From assembly GCA_017938765.1 (NCBI GenBank), contig JAGBAX010000028.1, positions 190,490 through 254,489 on the forward strand: a stretch of DNA of 64,000 nt. Reading direction: 5' to 3'. The notes under the pieces are model-generated. The model was not told the DNA's origin and did no database searches. It was given only the letters and a program-made list of their open reading frames with translations. Position 1 is the first letter of the stretch. Every line of letters begins with the position of its first letter. The translations under genes were made by a program, and so were the position numbers. Positions 48,008 through 59,545 of this stretch are shown here, one piece after another. This DNA comes from Alistipes sp. Its GTDB lineage: Bacteria > Bacteroidota > Bacteroidia > Bacteroidales > Rikenellaceae.

Positions 48008-50875
48008 TTAATGTGCCTCAAGCCAGTTTTTTCCTATGCCTATATCTACCACAAGCGGTATAGAGAGCTTTGCCGCACCCTCCATCTGCTCACGCACAAT
48101 GCGCTCCACAGCCTCGCGCTCTGTCGGCGCAAGGTCTACGACAATTTCGTCGTGTACCTGAAGGATAAGCTTTGAGCGAATGCCCTGCTCCTTAAAGGCG
48201 CGGTAGACACCCACCATAGCAATCTTCATAATGTCGGCAGCACTACCCTGTATCGGCGCATTTATAGCATTTCTCTCGGCAAGGGCACGGGTATTTGCGT
48301 TGCGCGAGTCAATACCCTCAAGATATCTGCGACGGGCAAAGATGGTCTCCACCCAACCAGTCTGCACAGCATCGGCAATTGTCTTCTCCATATACTGCTT
48401 AACCTTCGGATAGGATGCAAAGTAGCCATCAATCAACTCTTTAGCCTCCGAGCGAGGGATATCAAGTCGCTGCGCCAGTCCAAAGGCAGAAATGCCGTAT
48501 ATAATGCCGAAGTTAGCAGTTTTAGCGCGCCTACGCTCCTCTGCGGTTACCTCATCTATCGCCTTGCCGAAAATCTTGGCTGCCGTAGCGGCGTGAATAT
48601 CCTCTCCGTTGCGAAACGCCTCACACAGCGACTCATCGCCACTTAGGTGCGCCATCAGTCTGAGCTCCACCTGCGAGTAGTCTGCCGAGAGCAACAGCCC
48701 ATCCTCGCGCGAAGGTATAAATGCCTCACGAATAGGTCGGCCTATAGCATCGCGGATAGGGATATTCTGCAAGTTAGGGTTAGAGGAGGAGAGTCTACCT
48801 GTAGCCGTAACTGCCTGATTATATGATGTATGAATATGCCCCGTTACTGGATTTACCAACTCTGGCAGTGCGTCAATATATGTAGAGAGCAGTTTTTTCA
48901 CACCGCGATACTCAAGTATCAGTCGCACAATCTCGTGCTCGGCAGCAAAGCCCTTCAGATACTCCTCGTCTGTGCAGAACTGCTTTGTCTTTGTCATCTT
49001 CGGCTTCTCTGCAATGCGCATCTTTGCAAAGAGCAGTTCGCCAATCTGTCTTCCCGAATTTACATTCAGCCCTGGGGTGTCAGCCATAGCGCAAATTCTC
49101 TGCTCAAGGTCACGAAGTTGCATCGTTAGCGTTACCGAGTAATCCTTAAGTCGCTCACTGTCAATCTTTACGCCATTCCACTCCATATCGGCAAGCACAG
49201 CAACCATCGGCTCCTCAATCTCGTGATAGAGGCGCAAAAGCGACTGACTCTCAATCTGTGGGCGCAGTGCGTAGTAGAGCTGTAGCGTTATATCCGCATC
49301 CTCACATCCATACTCCGAAATAGGCTGTAGACCCACCATATCCATAGTCATCTGCTCGCGACCCTTGCCAATAAGGGTCTGGATAGATATTGGCGAGTAG
49401 TTCAAATACCTCTCCGAGAGCGCATCCATATTGTGTCGCGACTCTGGGTCAAGCAGATAGTGAAGCAACATCGTATCCCACTTCTCTCCGCGCACCTCAA
49501 TGCCTAATGTCCGTAGAAAGAGTATGTCGAACTTCATATTCTGACCCACCTTGGCAATCTTTGTATTCTCAAATAGTGGGCGTAGTATCTCGGCATAACT
49601 ACTCTCAAGGGCGTTTCTGTCACTGCCGATAGTAAAAGGTATATACCACGCCTTGTGTGGCTCAATAGCGAGCGAAATTCCCACAATGCGGCTTGTGAAT
49701 ATATCCAATCCCGAAGTCTCAATATCAAAGCATAGAATAGTACTGCCCATACAGATATCCACCACCTTGCGTAGCTCACACTCGCTCATAACGGTGGTAT
49801 AACAGTGCTCAACAGTAGCAATTGTCGCAAAACCGCTCTGCTCTACTGCCGCAACAACACTCTCTACTGGCACAGCGGGGTTATCAAACATATCAAAGAG
49901 CGTTCCCTGCCCCTCCATAGACTTTCGTCGCGCAGCCCCCGCCTTCATTCGCGCCATATTGGCAAGCTGTGTCTGCTCCGCCTGATGAGGCGTAGTTGTA
50001 TCCTCAACGGGTGCCATATTCTGCACATCGTTCAGAAAAGCCTTAAAGTCAAGCTCCGTAAAGAGCGACTTGAGCATATCAATCTTCGGACAGCAGACAG
50101 TAAGTGCCGCCTCATTAAACTCTATCGGCACATCAAGGGCAATCTTTGTAAGGGCCTTTGAGAGTCGGAGTTGCTCTACACTGGCAGCAATATTTGCACC
50201 TGCGCGACCCGTTATCTGGTCTACATTTTCAATTATTGACTCTATATCTCCCCACCTCTGCACCAGCTTACAAGCCCCCTTCTCGCCTATGCCCGCAACA
50301 CCCGGAATATTATCCGACGCATCGCCCCACAGAGCAAGAATATCACTCACAAGCATCGGGTCATCAATGCCGTACTTATCCTTAATCGCCTGACTATCAA
50401 CAATCTCTATCTGGTCGCCCTTCTGCTTGTATATCTTACGATTTGTGCCGACAAGCTGCCCATAGTCCTTATCTGGTGTGACCATATATACCTCATAGCC
50501 CGCCTCTGCGCCCTTAAAGGCGAGAGTTCCGATAACATCGTCAGCCTCGTAGCCCTCAACCTCAAGGATAGGTATGCACATAGCCTCCACAATGCGCTTC
50601 ACATAAGGCACTGACTGGATTATATCCTCTGGCGTCTGTGGACGGTTAGCCTTGTACTGCTCAAACATCTGACGGCGGAACGAGCCCCCCTCAGGGTCAA
50701 AAGCCACGCCGAGCAGGTCTGGCTTCTCGCGCTTCTGAATATCCCTCAGAAACTTCGTAAAACCAAAGACTATAGATGTGTTCATTCCCGCACGATTACG
50801 CATCGGACGACCGTAGAATGCGTAATAGTACTTGAATATCAGCGCATAAGCGTCTATAAGGAATAGTTTTTTCAT
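48008..50875 (-). CDS. polA: DNA polymerase I
   Basis: EADDVIGT 5'-3' exo, DIETSG 3'-5' exo, DYSQVELR, RRRAKTANFGIIYG, QVHDE. Confidence 0.98.
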   Translation of the reverse strand: MKKLFLIDAYALIFKYYYAFYGRPMRNRAGMNTSIVFGFTKFLRDIQKREKPDLLGVAFDPEGGSFRRQMFEQYKANRPQTPEDIIQSVPYVKRIVEAMCIPILEVEGYEADDVIGTLAFKGAEAGYEVYMVTPDKDYGQLVGTNRKIYKQKGDQIEIVDSQAIKDKYGIDDPMLVSDILALWGDASDNIPGVAGIGEKGACKLVQRWGDIESIIENVDQITGRAGANIAASVEQLRLSKALTKIALDVPIEFNEAALTVCCPKIDMLKSLFTELDFKAFLNDVQNMAPVEDTTTPHQAEQTQLANMARMKAGAARRKSMEGQGTLFDMFDNPAVPVESVVAAVEQSGFATIATVEHCYTTVMSECELRKVVDICMGSTILCFDIETSGLDIFTSRIVGISLAIEPHKAWYIPFTIGSDRNALESSYAEILRPLFENTKIAKVGQNMKFDILFLRTLGIEVRGEKWDTMLLHYLLDPESRHNMDALSERYLNYSPISIQTLIGKGREQMTMDMVGLQPISEYGCEDADITLQLYYALRPQIESQSLLRLYHEIEEPMVAVLADMEWNGVKIDSERLKDYSVTLTMQLRDLEQRICAMADTPGLNVNSGRQIGELLFAKMRIAEKPKMTKTKQFCTDEEYLKGFAAEHEIVRLILEYRGVKKLLSTYIDALPELVNPVTGHIHTSYNQAVTATGRLSSSNPNLQNIPIRDAIGRPIREAFIPSREDGLLLSADYSQVELRLMAHLSGDESLCEAFRNGEDIHAATAAKIFGKAIDEVTAEERRRAKTANFGIIYGISAFGLAQRLDIPRSEAKELIDGYFASYPKVKQYMEKTIADAVQTGWVETIFARRRYLEGIDSRNANTRALAERNAINAPIQGSAADIMKIAMVGVYRAFKEQGIRSKLILQVHDEIVVDLAPTEREAVERIVREQMEGAAKLSIPLVVDIGIGKNWLEAH

Positions 50876-50881
50876 TAGCAG

Positions 50882-51325
50882 TTAGTTTTCATCGTTGTAC
50901 CACTCGGCATATGATGTGGCTGTCTCGTGCAGGCGTAGGCTGTGCAGCGTAACAGCAGCAGGCAGTGCCGCCTTAAGGCGAGCGGCGAAGTCCACAAGCA
51001 TATTCTCGCAAGTAGGCTGATACTCCACAAGTATCACATTTGTAAACTGACTCTGCATAGCCTCTGCCAGCGCCTCTGCCTCTGCTGTGCGACGCATAAC
51101 AAAGGAGTGGTCAAGGCGGTCGGTAATCTCACGAGCAACAATAGCCTTCAACTCACCAAAGTCCATAACCATACCGAGCTTTGGGCTTGTTGGGTCGGTA
51201 ACAGGCTCGCCCTTGACCGTCACAAAGAGGCGATAGGAGTGGCCGTGAATCTCACGACACTTGCCATCATACCCCCACAGCGCGTGGGCAGACTCAAACG
51301 AAAACTCCTTGGTAAGGCGAATCAT
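50882..51325 (-). CDS. queD: 6-carboxytetrahydropterin synthase
   Basis: FESAH, CREIHGHSY, LDH, PTCEN. Confidence 0.93.
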   Translation of the reverse strand: MIRLTKEFSFESAHALWGYDGKCREIHGHSYRLFVTVKGEPVTDPTSPKLGMVMDFGELKAIVAREITDRLDHSFVMRRTAEAEALAEAMQSQFTNVILVEYQPTCENMLVDFAARLKAALPAAVTLHSLRLHETATSYAEWYNDEN

Positions 51326-51813
51326 CGGTGTGGCAGTTTATCAAGGTAGTCAATATACGGCTCACGCTGAAACGCCTCATTAAGCGAGATATATGTCTGG
51401 GTGTTGCTAATGCCCTGCACACGCAGAATACCGTCAAATATTGTACGCATAAGGTGGTCGTTATCAACGCAGTAGAGCTTCAGCATAGCGTTGTAAGTAC
51501 CAGTAATAAAGTGGCACTCCACAACCTCAGGGATATTTTTAATCTTCTCCGCTACAGCAGTACTCATAATAGGGTCTTGAATGCGGATGCTGATAAATGC
51601 GCAGACGTCAAAGCCGAGCATCTTTGGGTTTACCATCATTCGGCTACCCATAATCACACCCCAATCTTCAAGTTTATTTATGCGCTGATGTATCGCCGCG
51701 CCTGAGATGCCACACTCACGTGCAATCTCAAGGTACGGCATACGCGCATTCTTCACAAGAAACTTCAGTATCTTGCGATCTGTTGAATCTAATGTTACTT
51801 TTCGGTTGCTCAT
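51322..51813 (-). CDS. Lrp/AsnC transcriptional regulator
   Basis: LDSTDRKIL..NAR..EIARECGIS; EVVECHFITG. Confidence 0.93.
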   Translation of the reverse strand: MSNRKVTLDSTDRKILKFLVKNARMPYLEIARECGISGAAIHQRINKLEDWGVIMGSRMMVNPKMLGFDVCAFISIRIQDPIMSTAVAEKIKNIPEVVECHFITGTYNAMLKLYCVDNDHLMRTIFDGILRVQGISNTQTYISLNEAFQREPYIDYLDKLPHR

Positions 51814-51828
51814 CTCCTAATAGTAATT

Positions 51829-53016
51829 TTACTTTAACACTCCTAATTCCTTACCTACCTCAACAAAGGCATCTACGCAACGCTGAAGCTGCTCTACAGT
51901 ATGACCTGCAGATACCTGCACACGAATACGCGCCAGCCCCTTAGGCACTACTGGATAGTAGAAACCAGTCACAAATACGCCACGCTGCTGAAGTGCTGCT
52001 GCAAACTCCTGCGACAACTTCGCATCATAGAGCATCACTGCGCATATAGCCGAGTCTGTAGGCTTAATATCAAAGCCCGCCTCAATCATCTTCGCGCGGA
52101 AATACTCCACATTTGCTACAAGGCGGTCGTGGTGCTCATTGCTCTCCTCCAACATCTTGAATAGCTCAATACCCGCGCCAACCACTGCTGGTGGCAGAGA
52201 GTTAGAGAACAGATATGGACGAGAACGCTGACGCAGCATATCAATAATCTCCTTGCGACCAGTAGTAAAACCACCCACAGCGCCACCAAAGGCCTTGCCA
52301 AGTGTACCAGTGATAATATCCACCTCGCCACGAAGGTTATACAGCTCTGTAATACCGCGACCTGTAGCGCCCAGAACACCTGCCGAGTGACACTCGTCAA
52401 CCATCACAAGGGCGTTATACCTCTTTGCAAGCTCGCAGATTTTATCCAGCGGAGCGGCATTGCCATCCATCGAAAAGACACCGTCTGTACAGATAATTCT
52501 AAATCGCTGAGCCTGTGCGCGCTTCAGACAATCCTCAAGCGACTCCATATCTGCATTTGCATAGCGATATCTTACCGCCTTACAAAGGCGCACACCGTCA
52601 ATAATTGACGCATGGTTCAGTGCATCAGAGATAATAGCATCCTGCTCTGTAAACAGAGGCTCAAACACGCCACCATTTGCATCAAAGCAAGCAGCATATA
52701 GAATTGTATCCTCAGTACCGAAGTAGTCAGCAATAGCCTTCTCAAGCTGCTTGTGAATATCCTGACAGCCACAGATAAAGCGCACCGATGACATACCGTA
52801 GCCTCGGCTATCCATTGCACTCTTTGCCGCCTCAATAAGACGAGGGTTGTCAGAGAGTCCCAAATAATTGTTAGCACAGAAGTTTAGACAAGGCTTGCCC
52901 GCAACCTCAATCTCTGCGCTCTGTGGAGAGCAGATTACTCGCTCGGTCTTATATAGACCGGCATCCTTAATGCTCTGAAGTTCTTGCTCCAGAAACTCTT
53001 TGAAATTTCCGTACAT
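51829..53016 (-). CDS. kbl: Glycine C-acetyltransferase
   Basis: FCANNYLGL, SVRFICG, NHASIIDG, GTLGKA, RIRVQVSA. Confidence 0.95.
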   Translation of the reverse strand: MYGNFKEFLEQELQSIKDAGLYKTERVICSPQSAEIEVAGKPCLNFCANNYLGLSDNPRLIEAAKSAMDSRGYGMSSVRFICGCQDIHKQLEKAIADYFGTEDTILYAACFDANGGVFEPLFTEQDAIISDALNHASIIDGVRLCKAVRYRYANADMESLEDCLKRAQAQRFRIICTDGVFSMDGNAAPLDKICELAKRYNALVMVDECHSAGVLGATGRGITELYNLRGEVDIITGTLGKAFGGAVGGFTTGRKEIIDMLRQRSRPYLFSNSLPPAVVGAGIELFKMLEESNEHHDRLVANVEYFRAKMIEAGFDIKPTDSAICAVMLYDAKLSQEFAAALQQRGVFVTGFYYPVVPKGLARIRVQVSAGHTVEQLQRCVDAFVEVGKELGVLK

Positions 53017-53110
53017 AGTTGTAGTTATTTATTGTTTTATATCATTGATTTTCAATCTGTTACATATACATACTCAGGCAAAAGATTACAAATTCAAACT
53101 TTTACCTACG

Positions 53111-53238
53111 CAAAGATAACATTTTTACGCTATTTTTTGCAATAAACGGGCATTTTTTCGCACTTATGCTTACAATTTTTTATAATAAAGAAAATTATTC
53201 AAAATATGTACATATATGATATTTTTTTCATACCTTTG
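53111..53238. promoter_or_regulatory. Divergent promoters for the kbl operon and sppA
   Basis: TATCTTTG on minus (53111-53118); TACCTTTG on plus (53231-53238). Confidence 0.6.
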
Positions 53239-53265
53239 TTACATTAATTTATAAATATAGAAGGT

Positions 53266-55074
53266 ATGAAATTTTCAAAGGTTTTTTGGGCAGCTCTACT
53301 TGCCGTTGTTGTAGGTAGCGTTATCTCTGGCCTCTTTTGGCTATTCACATTCATCGGAGCCATCGGTGCTATGGGCAGTAGCGAGGCTGTTGCTGTAATG
53401 CCAAACTCAATTATTAAGATTGATCTTACAGACAACATCACAGACTCTCCAGTAATCAATCCATTTGCAAACATGGATTTTACTACAATGTCTTCATCGC
53501 GCACCTTGCCACTTCTTAAGGTGTTGCGTAGCATTGAGACTGCCGCTACAGACGAGCGCATTAAGGGTATATATATTAATGTAAACTACTCCGCTGCAGG
53601 TGCCATCTCTTCAGCAGCCCTTGAGGAGATTCGCACTGCCCTTGTTAAGTTCAAGGAGTCGGGCAAGTTTATCGTCGCCTATAACGACGTATACTCGCAG
53701 ACTGTATACTACTTAGCCTCTGTAGCCGACAAGATTTACATCCAGCCAGAGGGTAGCTTTGACTGGCACGGTATGGCATCGGTGCTGCTCTTCTACAAGG
53801 GCGCACTTGACAAGCTCGGCATCCACGCTGAGGCCTTCCGCCCTACTGTATGTAAGTACAAGAGCGCTGTAGAGCCTTACCTGCTCACTAAGATGTCTGA
53901 TGCAAACCGCCGCCAGATGGATGAGCTGGGCGATGGTATGTGGAACACTATCTGCACTACTGTTGCCGCTGCGCGTGGCATAACTGTAGAGGCTCTGAAT
54001 AAGATTGCCGACACCACACCAGTGCTCTTCCCAGAGCAGGCTGTAGAGCATAAACTCGTTGACGGAGTTATCTACCGCGACCAGATGGAGGATATCTTTG
54101 CTGAGTATGGCGTTACTCGTAACTTTATGAATGAGTTTGAGTTTATCACCTTGGGCGACTACTGCACCGCTGTGGGTGCTACCGTTGAGGACTTCTCAGC
54201 TCCTAAAATTGGCATTATCTATGCCGAGGGTGGTATCGTTGATGGTGATAACACCGCTATTGACGGCAATATCTACGGCACAACTCTGGCAAATACTATC
54301 GCTAAGGCTCGCAAGGATGAGAGTCTGAAGGCCGTAGTGCTTCGCGTGAACTCTCCAGGTGGTAGCGCACTGGCAAGTGATGTTATCTGGCGCGAGGTGG
54401 AGCTGCTGAAGAAGGAGAAGCCAGTAATCGTCTCTATGGGTGCATACGCTGCCAGCGGTGGATACTATATCTCTGCCCCTGCAGATGCTATTGTGGCTAA
54501 TAACCTTACAATCACAGGCTCTATCGGCGTATTCGGCATTATGCTTGAGGGTGGCGATATGCTCCGTAACAAACTCGGCATTACATACGATACAGTCAAG
54601 ACCAACCCATCGGCAGACTTCGGCGCAGGTGTGCTCGGTATGTCCCTACGTAAGCCTACAGCCGCTGAGCGCGCTACACTTATTAAGTCTGTAGATAAGG
54701 TCTACGAGGCCTTCACAAGCAAGGTTGCTGCAGGAAGAAACCTTGAGCTACAGAGGGTGCTTGAGATTGCCGAGGGTCGCGTGTGGAGCGGTACTGACGC
54801 CGTAAAGATTGGCCTTGCAGATGCAAACGGAGGTATCATCACCGCTATCGGCATCGCAGCCGATAAGGCCGGCATAGCAGATAACTTCCGCATTGAGGAG
54901 GTGCTGCCAGAGCTGGACCCTATGACCGCATTCCTCCAGAGCCTCAACACTCAGGTTAAGTACGCAACTATGGATAACGACCTTAAGGCTCTCTGCAACG
55001 ACTACCAGACCCTCAAGAACGACATCCTCCGCTCTGGCGTACAGACCTACTGCCCTTACCGCGTGTGGTTCTAA
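53266..55074 (+). CDS. sppA: Signal peptide peptidase SppA (67K type)
   Basis: YKSAVEP, RVNSPGGSA, AASGGYY, TGSIGV, GRVWSG. Confidence 0.95.
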   Translation: MKFSKVFWAALLAVVVGSVISGLFWLFTFIGAIGAMGSSEAVAVMPNSIIKIDLTDNITDSPVINPFANMDFTTMSSSRTLPLLKVLRSIETAATDERIKGIYINVNYSAAGAISSAALEEIRTALVKFKESGKFIVAYNDVYSQTVYYLASVADKIYIQPEGSFDWHGMASVLLFYKGALDKLGIHAEAFRPTVCKYKSAVEPYLLTKMSDANRRQMDELGDGMWNTICTTVAAARGITVEALNKIADTTPVLFPEQAVEHKLVDGVIYRDQMEDIFAEYGVTRNFMNEFEFITLGDYCTAVGATVEDFSAPKIGIIYAEGGIVDGDNTAIDGNIYGTTLANTIAKARKDESLKAVVLRVNSPGGSALASDVIWREVELLKKEKPVIVSMGAYAASGGYYISAPADAIVANNLTITGSIGVFGIMLEGGDMLRNKLGITYDTVKTNPSADFGAGVLGMSLRKPTAAERATLIKSVDKVYEAFTSKVAAGRNLELQRVLEIAEGRVWSGTDAVKIGLADANGGIITAIGIAADKAGIADNFRIEEVLPELDPMTAFLQSLNTQVKYATMDNDLKALCNDYQTLKNDILRSGVQTYCPYRVWF

Positions 55075-55084
55075 GCCTGGATGA

Positions 55085-55350
55085 CGCGTACTGCCCGCTT
55101 TTTGAAAAAAGCAGGGCGTGCAAAAACTTTTGGCGAAACTTTGTTTCGCTTCCGCGCTGATGCGGATTTAGGGTAACTCTGCGAGTTATTGAAATAAAAA
55201 ATATCCACCTTTGGTTTCAAGCGAGCTTGACCTTTGGTGGATATTTTCTCTTTCACTGCCTTGCGGCAGCAACCTAAATCCGAATAAACACTTTCAGACG
55301 AAGTCTGTACCTATGAAAGGCCAACGGCTAATGGCCAACGGCTAACAGCC
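55085..55350. repeat. Family A copy 3 followed by heptamer arm (55319-55350)
   Basis: Alignment with 16931-17137 and 44165-44419. Confidence 0.9.
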
Positions 55351-55351
55351 C

Positions 55352-55480
55352 ATTTTGTCGTCAGAGTGGTGCATTTACCACGCTCAATAAAAAAATGCCT
55401 GCGCAGGATAGTACCGAGTAGTACAGCCCAGCAGGCATTTTTTATTAGCGGCAGGAAATGTGCCACTATCACGACAAAAT
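55352..55480. repeat. 129-bp palindromic element family B, copy 2
   Basis: TIR ATTTTGTCGT/ACGACAAAAT; core GGATAGTAC-N6-GTACAGCC; ends 3 bp from the fba stop. Confidence 0.85.
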
Positions 55481-55483
55481 AAA

Positions 55484-56482
55484 CTATGCTTTGCCGTTAG
55501 ATCCAAGCACATTCACAATCTTGTGAATATACTGCTTCTTCATATTCTCACGAGCAGGACCGAGGTACTTACGAGGGTCAAACTCAGCTGGCTTAGTAGC
55601 GAATACCTCGCGGATAGCAGCGGTCATAGCAAGACGAGAGTCAGAGTCGATGTTAATCTTGCAAACTGCGCTCTCAGCAGCCTTGCGGAGCTGTGACTCA
55701 GGAATACCTACAGCAGCCTTAAGTGCGCCGCCATACTTGTTGATAGTATCAACCTCCTCCTGTGGCACTGAAGATGAGCCGTGAAGAACGATAGGGAAGC
55801 CAGGAAGCTCCTTCTCAATAGCAGCAAGAACGTCAAATGCCAATGGTGGTGGCACGAGGCGGCCAGTCTCTGGGTCAAGTGTGCACTGCTCTGGAGTGAA
55901 CTTAAACGCACCGTGAGAAGTACCGATAGAGATAGCGAGGCTATCGCAACCAGTCTTAGTTACGAAGTCTACAACCTCCTCTGGCTTAGTATAGTGGCTC
56001 TCCTCTGCGCAAACCTCGTCCTCAACACCTGCAAGAACGCCGAGCTCGCCCTCTACAGTTACGTCAAACTGGTGAGCATACTCTACAACCTTCTTTGTAA
56101 GAGCTACGTTCTCCTCATATGGGAGGTGTGAGCCGTCAATCATTACTGATGAGAAGCCCATATCGATACAGCTCTTGCAAGTCTCAAAGCTATCACCGTG
56201 ATCAAGGTGAAGAACAATCTGAGGGTTCTCCCAACCGAGCTCCTTAGCGTACTCTACAGCGCCCTCAGCCATATAGCGGAGAAGGGTCTGGTTTGCATAG
56301 TTACGAGCGCCCTTAGAAACCTGAAGGATTACTGGAGACTTAGTCTCTGCTGCAGCCATGATAATTGCCTGCAACTGCTCCATGTTGTTGAAGTTGAAAG
56401 CAGGAACAGCGTAGCCGCCGTCAATAGCCTTTGCGAACATCTCGCGAGTGTTCACAAGACCGAGATTCTTGTACGAAATCAT
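55484..56482 (-). CDS. fba: Class II fructose-bisphosphate aldolase
   Basis: HLDHG, VMIDGS, VEGELG, GTSHG, LHGSS. Confidence 0.96.
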   Translation of the reverse strand: MISYKNLGLVNTREMFAKAIDGGYAVPAFNFNNMEQLQAIIMAAAETKSPVILQVSKGARNYANQTLLRYMAEGAVEYAKELGWENPQIVLHLDHGDSFETCKSCIDMGFSSVMIDGSHLPYEENVALTKKVVEYAHQFDVTVEGELGVLAGVEDEVCAEESHYTKPEEVVDFVTKTGCDSLAISIGTSHGAFKFTPEQCTLDPETGRLVPPPLAFDVLAAIEKELPGFPIVLHGSSSVPQEEVDTINKYGGALKAAVGIPESQLRKAAESAVCKINIDSDSRLAMTAAIREVFATKPAEFDPRKYLGPARENMKKQYIHKIVNVLGSNGKA

Positions 56483-56560
56483 AGTGTTATAAATTTATGG
56501 TTTATAAATGTTTGTCTTTTTACGCGCCAAAATTACAAAATATTTTGCAAATACTCGCAT

Positions 56561-57859
56561 CTAGAAGATTAAATTCCACACAAATACCACACTTAGCAAT
56601 ATAGGTGCCACCCATTTAAGTGTAAAAACAAGGAGTGGGAATAGTTTTGCGGGCAGAGTGCCGTAGTTAGATATCTGCTCGCGGAAGACCTTGCGGTCAA
56701 ATACCCAGCCGGCGAAAACAGCCGTAAGCAGTCCACCCACAGGCATCAGCACATCGGCCGTAACGGTATCAAAGGCGCCGAAGAACCACTCCCACTTTAG
56801 GCAGACCATAGATAGAACGATTGTTGCCAAAGTAGTGATTCGTGCCGCATGCTTGCGAGCCACATTATGGTTCTCCTGCAGGTACTGCGTAAGCACCTCG
56901 TGGAACGATATTGTTGATGTAAGGGCAGCTAAAGCCACCAGCAGGAAGAATATTGTGCTCCAGAGCTCAGATGCTGGCATCTCGGCAAAGATAAATGGCA
57001 TAGTCTCAAAGAGCAGTGTCGGGCCTGCGGTAGGCTCAAGACCCTCAACGCTGAATACTGCTGGGAAGATAACCATACCCGATAGCATTGCCACCAGGAA
57101 AGTCATCAGACTCACTGATACAGATGTACGAGTGAGGTTTGTCCCCTCCTTAAAGTAGGATGAGTAGGCAATCATACAGCCTAAACCGATAGAGAGCGAG
57201 AAGAAGGCCTGACCTATAGCGCTGACAATAGTTTTTACTGTAAATGCCTTCTCAAAGTCTGGAGTAAAGAGAAAACGGTATCCCTCAGCCGCGCCAGACA
57301 TTGTTGCCGAGTGGACAACAAGCACAACGAGCATCAGCAGCAGTACGGGCATAACTATTTTGGAGATGCGCTCCAACCCCTGCTGCACACCCATAGCTAC
57401 AATGGCGTGTGTGAGCACCACAAAGACAACCGTATAGAACGGTTCGCGCCACGAAGATGTAAAGGCCGCAAAGTTGCTATGGAAGTCCGTTGCACTATAT
57501 AGTGAGCCATCTATTGAGCTAACAAAAAACTCCAACGACCAACCCGCCACGATGTAGTAGAATCCAGATATAAGCAGCGAGACAATCACGCTGTTATAGC
57601 CTAACCAAGTCCAACGCGGGGAGAGTGAATTGTAGGCTCTTACGGGGCTTTTACGCGTGTGAGTGCCTATAGCGAACTCGGCAAGCATAACTGGTATGCC
57701 GACAATAACCACGCTCAACAGATAGACAAGCAGAAAGGCACCACCGCCATTCTCTCCCGTCATATATGGGAAACGCCAGATGCTTCCCAGACCAATAGCA
57801 CTACCTGCCGCAACAAGTACTGCGCCAATTTTACTTCCAAAAGAGTCTCTTTTGCTCAT
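56561..57859 (-). CDS. Sodium-dependent transporter (NSS family)
   Basis: GSAIGLGSIWRFPY, GQAFFSLSIG, AALTS. Confidence 0.93.
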   Translation of the reverse strand: MSKRDSFGSKIGAVLVAAGSAIGLGSIWRFPYMTGENGGGAFLLVYLLSVVIVGIPVMLAEFAIGTHTRKSPVRAYNSLSPRWTWLGYNSVIVSLLISGFYYIVAGWSLEFFVSSIDGSLYSATDFHSNFAAFTSSWREPFYTVVFVVLTHAIVAMGVQQGLERISKIVMPVLLLMLVVLVVHSATMSGAAEGYRFLFTPDFEKAFTVKTIVSAIGQAFFSLSIGLGCMIAYSSYFKEGTNLTRTSVSVSLMTFLVAMLSGMVIFPAVFSVEGLEPTAGPTLLFETMPFIFAEMPASELWSTIFFLLVALAALTSTISFHEVLTQYLQENHNVARKHAARITTLATIVLSMVCLKWEWFFGAFDTVTADVLMPVGGLLTAVFAGWVFDRKVFREQISNYGTLPAKLFPLLVFTLKWVAPILLSVVFVWNLIF

Positions 57860-57877
57860 ATGTAACTAACCTAAACT

Positions 57878-58249
57878 CTAAAACTCGCCCTTCAGCGTAA
57901 CGCTAACCCTACTGACCTTACCACCTAAAGGTGGTGCAATCTTCACTACAGTACACTCCACAGATTTTATAGTGCTGAAGTGGCTGTGCAGTGCATTTAT
58001 AATATTTTGCGCCACTCGCTCTATGGTGTGTTGCACAATAGCCATCTGCTCACGAACTACCTCATATACAGTAAGATAGTTCACCGCCTGAGTAACATCA
58101 TCCTCCTCTGCCACCCTGCCCAAAGGCGACACAATCTTCAGATTTACCTCAAAGTGGCTACCTGTAAGGCGCTCAAGTTCATAACAACCATGAAAGGCAT
58201 GGAAATCCATACCCTCCAGATTGATTGTATAGTACTGACTGCTACTCAT
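57878..58249 (-). CDS. folB: Dihydroneopterin aldolase
   Basis: [22 protein letters not shown]. Confidence 0.9.
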   Translation of the reverse strand: MSSSQYYTINLEGMDFHAFHGCYELERLTGSHFEVNLKIVSPLGRVAEEDDVTQAVNYLTVYEVVREQMAIVQHTIERVAQNIINALHSHFSTIKSVECTVVKIAPPLGGKVSRVSVTLKGEF

Positions 58250-59543
58250 TTACAATAACAAGGTAGTAGTTCTTCTTACCCTTCTGCACAAGCAGATACT
58301 TGCCAGCAATAAGGTCGTCTGCTGTCACTGTCGCAGCAATATCCGTAACCTTCTGCTTGTTCAGTGACACGCCACCACCCTGAATCATCTTGCGGCACTC
58401 GCCCTTAGATGGGAAGATAGCTGTCTTCTCTGCGCAAAGGTCAATAAATGTGCAACCGAGGTCTGCTGCAGCAATCTCATACTGTGGCACACCCTCAAAT
58501 ACCTGAAGAAGGGTCTGCTCATCAAGACTCTTCAGCGCCTCTGATGTCGCCTGACCAAAGAGGATGCCAGATGCCTCCACAGCCTTCAGATACTCAGCCT
58601 CAGAGTGAATCATCGTTGTAACCTCCTGAGCAAGACGCTTCTGCAGTACGCGCAGGTGCGGTGCAGCCTCGTGCTCAGCAATCAGAGCCTCAACGGTCTG
58701 ACGGTCAAGGAGCGTGAAAATCTTGATATATCGCTTTGCATCCTCATCAGATACATTGAGCCAGAACTGGTAGAACTTGTATGGAGATGTATAACGCGCA
58801 TCAAGCCATACATTACCGCTCTCGGTCTTACCAAACTTCGTACCGTCAGCCTTTGTAATAAGCGGGCAAGTGATTGCAAATGCCTCAGCCTCAGGGCCTA
58901 ACTTACGACGGATAAGCTCTGTACCCGTTGTGATGTTACCCCACTGGTCTGCACCACCGAGCTGAACTTTACAGCCCATAGTCTGGTAGAGGTGCAAAAA
59001 GTCGTAACCCTGAAGAAGCTGATATGTAAACTCAGTAAACGACATACCGTCACCCTCGCCATTAAAGCGCTTCTTTACCGAGTCTTTAGCCATCATATAA
59101 TTCACAGTGATGCACTTACCAATCTCACGCGCGAAGTCAAGAAACGAAAACTCCTTCATCCAGTCGTAGTTGTTCACAAGCACCGCTGCATTCTCCGCAT
59201 CAGAGTCAAAGTCAATAAGGCGCGCCAACTGAGCCTTTATCGCCTCCTGATTGTGACGCAGGGCTGCCTCATCGAGCAGGTTACGCTCCTGCGACTTACC
59301 ACTCGGATCGCCAATCATACCCGTAGCACCACCTACAAGCGCCACTGGACGGTGACCGCACATCTGAAGGTGCTTGAGAATCATCACACCCACAAGGTGA
59401 CCAATATGCAGTGAGTCTGCCGTAGGGTCAATACCCAAGTAGGCAGTTGTCATCTCCTTCTCTAACTGCTCCTCAGCGCCAGGCATCATCGTATGAATCA
59501 TACCGCGCCACTGAAGCTCCTCAACAAAATTCTTTCTTGCCAT
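58242..59543 (-). CDS. tyrS: Tyrosine-tRNA ligase
   Basis: [27 protein letters not shown]. Confidence 0.98.
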   Translation of the reverse strand: MARKNFVEELQWRGMIHTMMPGAEEQLEKEMTTAYLGIDPTADSLHIGHLVGVMILKHLQMCGHRPVALVGGATGMIGDPSGKSQERNLLDEAALRHNQEAIKAQLARLIDFDSDAENAAVLVNNYDWMKEFSFLDFAREIGKCITVNYMMAKDSVKKRFNGEGDGMSFTEFTYQLLQGYDFLHLYQTMGCKVQLGGADQWGNITTGTELIRRKLGPEAEAFAITCPLITKADGTKFGKTESGNVWLDARYTSPYKFYQFWLNVSDEDAKRYIKIFTLLDRQTVEALIAEHEAAPHLRVLQKRLAQEVTTMIHSEAEYLKAVEASGILFGQATSEALKSLDEQTLLQVFEGVPQYEIAAADLGCTFIDLCAEKTAIFPSKGECRKMIQGGGVSLNKQKVTDIAATVTADDLIAGKYLLVQKGKKNYYLVIVNE

Positions 59544-59545
59544 TA

